From a virus: a stretch of 33,052 nt of DNA. The DNA lies in the IMG/VR virus record IMGVR_UViG_3300045988_025843, positions 1 to 33,052 of that record, one strand, 5' to 3'. Of this stretch, positions 16,203 to 23,039 are shown piece by piece. Each line of letters opens with the position of its first letter. Positions within the stretch are counted from its first letter, which is position 1. The notes beneath the pieces were generated by a model. It worked only from the letters and a program-made list of their open reading frames with translations, had not been told where the DNA came from and did no database searches. Made by a program: the position numbers and the translations under genes.

Positions 16203-16234
16203 TATACAACCTATCAGTATTTGCCGTATATTTG
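16203..16234 (+). promoter_or_regulatory. Promoter of ncRNA locus B (ACAAC element plus -7 box TATATTTG)
   Basis: TATACAAC starts at 16203 and TATATTTG lies at 16227-16234, a 24-nt offset. It is collinear with 6628-6659. Confidence 0.7.
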
Positions 16235-16240
16235 TAATGC

Positions 16241-16450
16241 CAAAAGGAAACAAGGTTATTCTTTACCGAAACTAAGAATACGAGACCCGCCCCAAAAGGA
16301 AAGATTAAAAAGTGAATGGAATTTAATCACCGGGTTTTCTTAAGACAAACAGAAAAAACTAAGAGGTTGCTTTTTACCAAAACTAAGAGCACGATACCCG
16401 AAAGGGAAAGTTTGAGAAGTGAAAGGGATTCAAACACCAAATAGTTTTTT
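16241..16450 (+). ncRNA. Tandem two-hairpin structured RNA, locus B (2 units)
   Basis: Unit 1: stem TATTCTT (16257-16263) pairs with AAGAATA (16274-16280); hairpin 2 pairs GATTAAA (16303-16309) with TTTAATC (16322-16328). Unit 2 (16361-16440) is nearly identical to locus A unit 2; its hairpin 2 pairs 16410-16416 with 16429-16435, followed by a T6 run (16445-16450). There is no ORF. Confidence 0.65.
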
Positions 16451-16529
16451 AAATAAAAAGGCAATAACGGTGAACCATTTCAAAGCTTCCGTTGTTCTTA
16501 TAGTATAACAATTTAAAAAACAAAAGATT

Positions 16530-16940
16530 ATGAAAAAGTTAGTAGTATTAGCAGTGTTAATTCTTACAAGTGTATCAATGTTTAGCCAAATTACGTCTCA
16601 GGGTAAACCCGATGTACTGAAATCATTCCGTATGGGCGTTTGCAAATTGGTTAATACTAATGGGTCAATAACCATTGAGGCGGTAACGCGCGAGACCGAA
16701 AGGTATATTATGAAAGTCCATTTAGGTACACCCGAGGAAGCGGCGGTAACGCTTGCAAGCCTTGCAGAATACAAACCCCGAAAGGGCGAGACGGTGAACC
16801 TAAACAACCCGAGCAACAACGAGGCGTATTTCCAAAAGCTTAATGGTACCTGGGTTATCACGGAGAAGTTAACGGAGGTTTTCAGCATAGCCGTAAGCCG
16901 CGGAGAGCTTAAAAAGATGGTTGAGGCGCTGAACAATTAA
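16530..16940 (+). CDS. Secreted protein (signal peptide), function unknown
   Basis: The N-terminus MKKLVVLAVLILTSVSMFSQ is a classic Sec signal without a lipobox Cys. 136 aa. Confidence 0.7.
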   Translation: MKKLVVLAVLILTSVSMFSQITSQGKPDVLKSFRMGVCKLVNTNGSITIEAVTRETERYIMKVHLGTPEEAAVTLASLAEYKPRKGETVNLNNPSNNEAYFQKLNGTWVITEKLTEVFSIAVSRGELKKMVEALNN

Positions 16941-16988
16941 AGAAGTGTTTTTGTTATTACAGCATATGCAATTTTAAAAAGAAAAATT

Positions 16989-17192
16989 ATGAAAAGTGGA
17001 AATTTTATCAGACTGGAATTCGTAGTTAAAGGTGAATTACAAGTGGAGTTTATCAACGTTGAACATGTATCGCGCATTATGCACGTGGAAGGCAAACCGT
17101 TTATTGGTATGCTGGGACAGACCTACACGCGCCAACTTACAGAAACGAGCATGAAGGACCTAATGGAGTACATTAACGTAGAAAGCAATTAA
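16989..17192 (+). CDS. Hypothetical protein
   Basis: 67-aa ORF preceded by an AATTTTAAAAAG-type leader. Confidence 0.55.
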   Translation: MKSGNFIRLEFVVKGELQVEFINVEHVSRIMHVEGKPFIGMLGQTYTRQLTETSMKDLMEYINVESN

Positions 17193-17193
17193 A

Positions 17194-17355
17194 ATGGTTA
17201 CTATCTTAAAAGTTATCGCAGTAAACGCAGGGGAACGTACCTCTTATTACCCGACCCCCGGAGATGGGGTGTTTACAACCGTGGAGGCGGCACGGGAGTT
17301 TTATAAAAATGAGTTCAAAACAAATAAAATAATATTGTGTTATGCCAGCAAGTGA
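17194..17355 (+). CDS. Small hypothetical protein (53 aa, below the ORF-track cutoff)
   Basis: The ATG at 17194 lies 1 nt after the upstream stop. It reads MVTILKVIAVNAGERTSYYPTPGDGVFTTVEAAREFYKNEFKTNKIILCYASK and fills an otherwise unexplained 150-nt gap. It overlaps the next start by 14 nt. Confidence 0.4.
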   Translation: MVTILKVIAVNAGERTSYYPTPGDGVFTTVEAAREFYKNEFKTNKIILCYASK

Positions 17356-18064
17356 AAACGTACGGAGTTACAATGTGGGAAAGTCCGATTATGCAAAGCA
17401 TGCTATCCAGCCGTGGGATATTTGGAAAGAATATAATCTTAACCCCTGGGACGCGGACATAGTAAAGCGCGTATTGCGTACCAAAGAGGGCGAGGATAGA
17501 AAACTGGACTATGAAAAGATTATCCATGTATGCCAGGAACGCATCAGACAGTTAGAAACCGAGAGGGCTGATGCCATAGAGGAGAACGACGAACCCGATT
17601 ATAAAACAGTTATGTGCCCGTCGGAAAAGGACAAGCCCAAACTATTATACCAGGACGGCATTACGTTTAAAAACGTCTATGAAGTGTACGGAGTGTTTCA
17701 GTCGCTTGGTAGACCGTACGCGTACCTCGGTTATAACCGCAACCACGTTTATTTAGACCTTGGTATGTCGGACGCGTGGAGCTATTTTACTTACGACTGG
17801 CTGCCTAAACGTGCCTTTGGTCTATCCGGAATCATGCTAGATGGAGGAGGCCACGCGGTATCTATGGAGATAGGCAACTACGGTTTATCGTACGACATAC
17901 ACAACTATATAATAGCCTACGGTAATTTATACCGTTATGTGGATGCCACCCCCGAGGGGCACGTGTATATGAGGTTTGAGGATGGCGGTTTGTTCACAAA
18001 GGTAGTAACAGAGCATAAGATTTTTAATGAAGCAGTACAGCATGTCAAAGGAAATAATAAGTGA
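17342..18064 (+). CDS. DUF3310-like N-terminal domain protein
   Basis: SDYAKHAIQPWDIWKEYNLNPWDADIVKRVLRTK resembles the DUF3310 signature seen in many phage early proteins. The C-terminal 150 aa were not recognised. The call is from memory. Confidence 0.55.
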   Translation: MPASENVRSYNVGKSDYAKHAIQPWDIWKEYNLNPWDADIVKRVLRTKEGEDRKLDYEKIIHVCQERIRQLETERADAIEENDEPDYKTVMCPSEKDKPKLLYQDGITFKNVYEVYGVFQSLGRPYAYLGYNRNHVYLDLGMSDAWSYFTYDWLPKRAFGLSGIMLDGGGHAVSMEIGNYGLSYDIHNYIIAYGNLYRYVDATPEGHVYMRFEDGGLFTKVVTEHKIFNEAVQHVKGNNK

Positions 18065-18383
18065 AAAAGATTTAGAGCGTACATTCGCCGAGAAGCTTAA
18101 CCAAACAAAAAAGGTGTGGGTAATAAAACTATTATCCACCTTTATAAAAGGTTTGCCGGATAGAATGATACTTTGCCAGGGAGGGCATGTAGGCTTTGCC
18201 GAGATAAAGACCACGGGTAAGAAACCAACCAAGATACAATTACTAATACATAGCAAGTTAGAGGCTTTAGGCTTCAAAGTATTTGTTATCGACGATTTGG
18301 AAAGCCGGGACGCCGCGATAAGTTTCTTCTTAAGTAAGGTTAAGGAAATAACCAACATACCGGGAAAAGGGTTATCTTTGTAG
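18027..18383 (+). CDS. VRR-NUC domain nuclease (alternative start 18042)
   Basis: GLPDRMILCQGGHVGFAEIKTTGKKPTKIQ matches the VRR-NUC PD...E-x-K...Q core. Its small size and position next to SNF2 and the methyltransferase are typical of this replication module. Confidence 0.75.
   Translation: MKQYSMSKEIISEKDLERTFAEKLNQTKKVWVIKLLSTFIKGLPDRMILCQGGHVGFAEIKTTGKKPTKIQLLIHSKLEALGFKVFVIDDLESRDAAISFFLSKVKEITNIPGKGLSL
18349..18380 (+). promoter_or_regulatory. Early-class promoter cassette (TAACCAAC-N16-TATCTTTG) inside the 3' end of the VRR-NUC gene
   Basis: AACCAAC lies at 18350-18356 and TATCTTTG at 18373-18380. The leader AGCAGCAAATTAAAAAAC precedes the ATG at 18410. Confidence 0.65.
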
Positions 18384-18409
18384 CAGCAAATTAAAAAACA
18401 TAATTAAGT

Positions 18410-19129
18410 ATGATTTATTTAGGAGGAAAGACAAGAATAGCAAAAGAAATTTTGCCCTTAATCTTGGCAGATAGAAAAGAAGGGCAATATTTTGTAGAGC
18501 CGTTTTGTGGTGGGTGTAACGTGACTGCCAACGTACCAGGAAACAGGATAGCAAACGACAGCAACGAGTATTTGATAGCCATGTTTGAAGGCTTGGTGTC
18601 CGGGAAGAAATACCCCGAGCAAATAGATTCCGAACTGTACAACGACGTTAAGAGCTGTTTCCGGGCTGGGTCTGACAAATACGACCCCGATTTCATGGGC
18701 TGGGTGGGGTTTGTGGCCTCTTACAGGGGGACATTTTTTAGGGGCTACTCGGGGTCAATCGTGACTGCCAAAGGCGAGCGCCGTGATTTCATTTCCACGG
18801 CTGTGCGGAGCATAGCAAAGCAGATACCCAAATTGCAGGGGGTAGAGTTTCGCTCCGGGGACTATAAGAACCTACGGATACCAGGGGAGTCTATAATATA
18901 CTGCGACCCTCCGTATATGAATACAGCAGCATATAGGCGCAGCCTAAGCCACGATGAGTTTTGGCAATGGTGCCGGGAGCGTGTTTACGATGGTCATAAG
19001 GTCTATATCTCCGAATACCAAGCCCCGGAAGACTTTGTAAAGATTTGGGAGAAGCCATTACAAAATAACATGAGTTCCGATAAAAGAAAAGCTACCGAGA
19101 AATTATTTATTTATAAAGGACAATTTTAA
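18410..19129 (+). CDS. N6-adenine DNA methyltransferase, D12 (Dam) class
   Basis: It carries YLGGK at the N-terminus, motif I FVEPFCGGCNV, then NDSNEYLI, and motif IV IIYCDPPY. The motif order is that of alpha-group Dam-like enzymes. Confidence 0.88.
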   Translation: MIYLGGKTRIAKEILPLILADRKEGQYFVEPFCGGCNVTANVPGNRIANDSNEYLIAMFEGLVSGKKYPEQIDSELYNDVKSCFRAGSDKYDPDFMGWVGFVASYRGTFFRGYSGSIVTAKGERRDFISTAVRSIAKQIPKLQGVEFRSGDYKNLRIPGESIIYCDPPYMNTAAYRRSLSHDEFWQWCRERVYDGHKVYISEYQAPEDFVKIWEKPLQNNMSSDKRKATEKLFIYKGQF

Positions 19130-19139
19130 AACAGAAATC

Positions 19140-19382
19140 ATGAAAAAGAGAAGTTTAAGAGAAGAAATCGAATACCGTTTAGGTATGTACTTTGGTATAA
19201 AGTCGGGCATGCTGTATGTGCGTGATGATAAGTTCGGTAGCACCGAGGAAATTCTGGACCAGTTGCAACGCGATATTACCCGTGACGTTAATTTCCTCTC
19301 GCGTAAAACACTGGGGTACGTATCGGATGAGCAGGATTTCAAAAGCATTTGCGTATTCTATAAAACAAAATTAATGAAGTAA
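19140..19382 (+). CDS. Hypothetical protein
   Basis: 80-aa ORF, 10 nt after the methyltransferase stop. Confidence 0.6.
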   Translation: MKKRSLREEIEYRLGMYFGIKSGMLYVRDDKFGSTEEILDQLQRDITRDVNFLSRKTLGYVSDEQDFKSICVFYKTKLMK

Positions 19383-19389
19383 TAAAGCT

Positions 19390-19566
19390 ATGGTGAACTA
19401 TATAGATTTAAAGTTAAAGTGTATCGCAGGACACACCGAAATAGTAATCAACGGTCAGCGCATCAAGTGCGATGCCGATTACGACAGAGTAATAGGACAC
19501 GTAACGCCGGCAGCTCTCCATGAGTTCAATGCCCAGTTAGCAATGATAAAAGCAATGTTATGTTAG
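19390..19566 (+). CDS. Small hypothetical protein (58 aa, below the ORF-track cutoff)
   Basis: The ATG at 19390 opens MVNYIDLKLKCIAGHTEIVINGQRIKCDADYDRVIGHVTPAALHEFNAQLAMIKAMLC. It fills the gap before the SNF2 gene and overlaps its start by 7 nt. Confidence 0.45.
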   Translation: MVNYIDLKLKCIAGHTEIVINGQRIKCDADYDRVIGHVTPAALHEFNAQLAMIKAMLC

Positions 19567-20948
19567 AAAGAAAGCAATTACATGAATACCAAGTAAAGGG
19601 AGTGCAGCACATCATAGACAACGAGTTTTGCGCGTTGTTCCTTGATATGGGCCTCGGGAAAACAGTAACTACCCTAACCGCCATCAAAGACCTTTTGGAC
19701 AATTGCATAATATCTAATTGCCTGGTAATCGCCCCGAAGAAGGTAACACAGGTTACATGGAGCGACGAGATTAAAGCCTGGGAGCACCTTAAGGACTTGA
19801 CGATATCAGTCATAGACGGCACGGTTAAACAGCGCCGGGAAGCCTATGGGAAGCAGGCGGACATATACGCAATTAGCCGTGATAACATTGCATGGTTGGT
19901 AATGGAGTACGGGGGTATAAAGCTACCCTATGATATGGTTGTTATCGATGAGCTTAGCAGTTTTAAGAATTACGCGTCAAAGCGTTTTAAAGCCCTTAGA
20001 AAGGTGCGGAAGTTTATCCCCCGAGTAGTAGGCTTGACGGGTACACCGTCGCCAAACGGGCTTATAGACCTATTCGCGCAAATGTATTTGATAGACCAAG
20101 GGGAGAGGCTCGGTAAATCAATCACAGCATACAGGGATAGGTTTTTCAGACCCGATAAGAGGAACGGCGATATAGTGTACAGTTATGCACTGAAAAGTCC
20201 GCAGGAGGAAACAGAGAAGCTAATAAGCGACCTAATAAGTGATATTACCATTTCAATGACCGCCGAGGACTATTTGAAGATGCCCGACCACATTAACATA
20301 TACGACCGCGTGGAGTTGCCCCCTAAAGTGCTGGCACAATATAAGGAGTTTGAGAAGGAGCAAGTATTGGAACTTATCAACTCGGACGAGCCTATAAGTG
20401 CGGCAAGTGCAGCAGCCCTGTCGAACAAGCTACAGCAATTCGCTAACGGCGCGATATATGATGCCGACGGAAAGGTAATAGAACTGCACGACGAGAAGTT
20501 GGAAAAACTCGAGGAGCTTGTAGAGGCGGCTAACGGCTCGCCCGTATTGGTTGCCTACTCTTACAAGCACGACCTTGAACGTATAATGCGGAAGCTGAAG
20601 GCATACAAGCCCGTCAAACTGGAAAAGCCCGAGCAGATAGCAGACTGGAACGCCGGGAAGATTAAAGTGATGGTAACCCACCCGGCGAGCGCAGGACACG
20701 GGCTTAACCTACAAAAAGGTGGGCATACGCTTATATGGTTCGGTAATACATGGAGCTTGGAACTGTACATGCAGTTCAACGCCCGGTTGTATCGTCAAGG
20801 GCAAGCGTACCCCGTAACCATACACCACGTCTTAACCACTGGAACGGTAGACGAGAAGATAATAAAAGCCCTGGAAGGCAAGAAACAGACGCAGGACGGG
20901 CTTATGCAGAGTATCAAGGAACTTATGGAATTCTACAGTAAGAAATGA
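19560..20948 (+). CDS. SNF2-family helicase
   Basis: The motifs are I (LDMGLGKT), II (VVIDELSSF), III (GLTGTPSPNG), and C-terminal HPASAGHGLNLQ and YRQGQ. Confidence 0.88.
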   Translation: MLERKQLHEYQVKGVQHIIDNEFCALFLDMGLGKTVTTLTAIKDLLDNCIISNCLVIAPKKVTQVTWSDEIKAWEHLKDLTISVIDGTVKQRREAYGKQADIYAISRDNIAWLVMEYGGIKLPYDMVVIDELSSFKNYASKRFKALRKVRKFIPRVVGLTGTPSPNGLIDLFAQMYLIDQGERLGKSITAYRDRFFRPDKRNGDIVYSYALKSPQEETEKLISDLISDITISMTAEDYLKMPDHINIYDRVELPPKVLAQYKEFEKEQVLELINSDEPISAASAAALSNKLQQFANGAIYDADGKVIELHDEKLEKLEELVEAANGSPVLVAYSYKHDLERIMRKLKAYKPVKLEKPEQIADWNAGKIKVMVTHPASAGHGLNLQKGGHTLIWFGNTWSLELYMQFNARLYRQGQAYPVTIHHVLTTGTVDEKIIKALEGKKQTQDGLMQSIKELMEFYSKK

Positions 20949-21046
20949 AAAAGCTAATAACAATTATCGCAGTCCTACTATTATTGGTAGGCTGCGCCGT
21001 AGTACAGAACGCAGCATACAACGTAATTCCAAGCTACAGCAATTAG
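20945..21046 (+). CDS. Small lipoprotein (33 aa, below the ORF-track cutoff)
   Basis: Its ATG overlaps the SNF2 stop (ATGA). The sequence is MKKLITIIAVLLLLVGCAVVQNAAYNVIPSYSN, with a positively charged n-region, a hydrophobic core and the lipobox L-V-G-C. Confidence 0.55.
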   Translation: MKKLITIIAVLLLLVGCAVVQNAAYNVIPSYSN

Positions 21047-21098
21047 GGTACGGGCTATCACTGAAAGATAGCTTAATACTTAAATTATGTTAACGAAA

Positions 21099-21130
21099 GA
21101 ACCAACATAACGGGAAAAGTGTTATATTTG
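21099..21130 (+). promoter_or_regulatory. Early-class promoter cassette (GAACCAAC-N16-TATATTTG)
   Basis: GAACCAAC lies at 21099-21106 and TATATTTG at 21123-21130. The leader TATCAACGATTTAAAAAC precedes the ATG at 21156. Confidence 0.7.
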
Positions 21131-21155
21131 TATCAACGATTTAAAAACAAAGATT

Positions 21156-21428
21156 ATGGAAAAGTATTCAAAATCAGTTAGAGAGATGTACTCGCAGTTT
21201 AAAAAGAGAGAAGCCCACCCGCTGGAAAAGTACATAGGGCGGTTAGTTAACTACCATGGCGAAAAAATGGAGGTAGTAGGCTATGGATACAATGAATGTG
21301 CAGGCGAGGACTTGCTGATAGTAGATGCCTCGCAAAGCGGAGGCTGGTCTGCACTGGGACCTTCCGACGTGGTATTCAAAGAGTGCGAGTATTATTGGTA
21401 TGTTAGTGTTAGTGACTTAACATATTAG
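21156..21428 (+). CDS. Hypothetical protein
   Basis: 90-aa ORF behind a promoter cassette. Confidence 0.65.
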   Translation: MEKYSKSVREMYSQFKKREAHPLEKYIGRLVNYHGEKMEVVGYGYNECAGEDLLIVDASQSGGWSALGPSDVVFKECEYYWYVSVSDLTY

Positions 21429-21467
21429 CAATATGATTAGAAACAGAAATTTAAAAACAATAAGGAA

Positions 21468-21902
21468 ATGACAAATAAAGAATTCGCGTTTAACTACGCA
21501 GGCAAAGAGTTCATGTACTACGGAAATAGGGTTATCTTAGTGGGTTTCAATAGTAAACGCCCCGGGACGGTAATCGTGTCCCCCTTAGAGGAAAAAGCCA
21601 TAAAACCTTTTTGTTGGGAAGGGGAATACCTTGATAGGTGGGATGTGATAATGTATAAGACCGATATAGGGGTTTACCAATATGTAAACCTAAATGAGAT
21701 CGTCCCCATAACCAATGAGAAGCCCCAAACCGTGGTTAAGCCAATGGCACCGGGCGGGGGTATTGCTTATTACGAGGGGCAGCAGGGCATGAACTATTCT
21801 GTGATTAACGGTTCTGTGTCCGCGGTGTATAAAAGGCAAGGGAGCGCCTTAAAACTTGTCTCCCGGGGTGAGGGTATTAACGATGTAACAGAAAAGGTAT
21901 GA
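21468..21902 (+). CDS. Hypothetical protein
   Basis: 144-aa ORF with an AAATTTAAAAAC-type leader. Confidence 0.65.
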   Translation: MTNKEFAFNYAGKEFMYYGNRVILVGFNSKRPGTVIVSPLEEKAIKPFCWEGEYLDRWDVIMYKTDIGVYQYVNLNEIVPITNEKPQTVVKPMAPGGGIAYYEGQQGMNYSVINGSVSAVYKRQGSALKLVSRGEGINDVTEKV

Positions 21903-22018
21903 TGGAAAAAACAACGATGGTTTTAATGTTCGTAATGCTAGTAGGCATTTACTTTTTAGGGTGTGCGGCGGTAGTGATATACATAGCAAAAAATATAGTA
22001 AGATGGCTGAAACATTAA
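21902..22018 (+). CDS. Small single-pass membrane peptide (38 aa; alternative ATG at 21899)
   Basis: Its ATG overlaps the upstream TGA. The sequence is MEKTTMVLMFVMLVGIYFLGCAAVVIYIAKNIVRWLKH, with one clear TM helix and a basic C-terminus. Confidence 0.45.
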   Translation: MEKTTMVLMFVMLVGIYFLGCAAVVIYIAKNIVRWLKH

Positions 22019-22140
22019 TTAGAATAGCCGCGGGATTCGCGGTAGTGTTTTTCACAGTGGGTATTGTAGCCGTGCTTTGGCAGGTGGCAAAGTATATGGC
22101 ATCCCGGGGAATGGCGGAGGACGAAAAATATGAGAGTTAA
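22003..22140 (+). CDS. Small single-pass membrane peptide (45 aa)
   Basis: MAETLIRIAAGFAVVFFTVGIVAVLWQVAKYMASRGMAEDEKYES has one TM helix and an acidic tail. It overlaps both neighbouring genes by about 10-16 nt, an arrangement suggesting translational coupling. Confidence 0.45.
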   Translation: MAETLIRIAAGFAVVFFTVGIVAVLWQVAKYMASRGMAEDEKYES

Positions 22141-22522
22141 ATTCATGGACCTGGCGGTATGCCTCAACTGCCATGTATTCATTATATGGGAGTTCATACG
22201 AAGGTACGGTTATACAGCCGGGGTAACAAAGGACAAGTACGGGCAGGGTTATGTGGAAGCCGCGCTTTGTAACGGGTGGGTTAATAAGCTGGCAAAGTAT
22301 GTAGACGCCCAGGACTTCACATATAAACAGCCTATCAATAAAAGGCGGTATCTTATCAGGGACGAGACACGTCTCGCAGAGGAGAAAAGAAACGAGCAGG
22401 ACATACCAAGAACCTACGGAATTGACCCGGACGGAAGGATAAAAAGGATGTCGAAGTTCAAGGATGGCACGGTGCAAACGTGGTATTGGCATCGGTCTTC
22501 GCTCGGGTGGAAATTGACATAA
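22130..22522 (+). CDS. Hypothetical protein
   Basis: 130-aa ORF, the last gene before the terminator and element X copy 2. Confidence 0.6.
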   Translation: MRVKFMDLAVCLNCHVFIIWEFIRRYGYTAGVTKDKYGQGYVEAALCNGWVNKLAKYVDAQDFTYKQPINKRRYLIRDETRLAEEKRNEQDIPRTYGIDPDGRIKRMSKFKDGTVQTWYWHRSSLGWKLT

Positions 22523-22603
22523 TGAAAGCGGTTTACCTATAGGAGTTAGCAGTATGATAGTGCCCTCTACGAAAGCCTATGGGCAAACCAAATGATAGCG
22601 ATT

Positions 22604-22646
22604 AGCCCAAATCTGATTACAAAATGTCAGATTTGGGCTTTTGTTT
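22604..22646 (+). terminator. Strong rho-independent terminator ending the early/middle region
   Basis: A perfect 13-bp stem pairs AGCCCAAATCTGA (22604-22616) with TCAGATTTGGGCT (22627-22639). The loop is 10 nt and TTTGTTT follows. Confidence 0.88.
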
Positions 22647-22687
22647 ATATTCAGAAAAAAGGGGCTCTAAAATTAACGTATTTTATG

Positions 22688-22892
22688 CACAGCTGCACAG
22701 TAAAAAATCGCTACTGTGCAGGTCTCTGTGCAGTCTAACTCCTTATATTATAATATATTACATGTATATACACAGATACACAGTAAAAAGGGGGGTAAAA
22801 CATTATTTTGGAATATAGTATATATTTGAGGGGTATAAAATATACTATATTTCATATTAAAGTTTAGAAAAAAAAGTGCGTGTCTGTGCAGG
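22688..22892. repeat. Element X copy 2: CTGTGCAG/CTGCACAG octamer cluster, AT-rich core and hairpin
   Basis: CACAG lies at 22688-22692 and CTGCACAG at 22693-22700. CTGTGCAG lies at 22714-22721 and 22726-22733. CACAG recurs at 22771-22775 and 22779-22783. A perfect 11-bp hairpin pairs ATATAGTATAT (22813-22823) with ATATACTATAT (22840-22850). CTGTGCAG closes the element at 22884-22891. Confidence 0.9.
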
Positions 22893-23024
22893 TGCTTGTA
22901 ACGTTCAGTGTGATAGGTAGTTACCGTGCACACGTACGAAATAGTGTAAAGATAAATTATTTGTAAACTTTATTTGTAGAAAATGCCTAACTGCCCATCG
23001 GTTGGTCTGGTGCGATTTGTTGCC

Positions 23025-23032
23025 TACCTTTG
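23025..23032 (+). promoter_or_regulatory. -7 box TACCTTTG: candidate late promoter upstream of terS
   Basis: The context GATTTGTTGCCTACCTTTGTG resembles the ncRNA promoters (TTTGCCGTATnTTTGT). It ends 167 nt before the terS ATG. Confidence 0.5.
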
Positions 23033-23039
23033 TGTCGTG

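Noticed and set aside
21156-21902. Possible paralogy between the 90-aa (21156) and 144-aa (21468) proteins. The shared pattern is roughly G..Y.G....VG, then W, then Y.YV.
   Set aside because: Only a handful of aligned residues match and gaps are required. This is too weak to claim without a profile comparison.
22624-22818. Plus-strand 64-aa ORF (MSDLGFCLYSEKRG...).
   Set aside because: It starts inside the 13-bp terminator stem and runs through the octamer array. It has no coding-like composition and no counterpart at element X copy 1.
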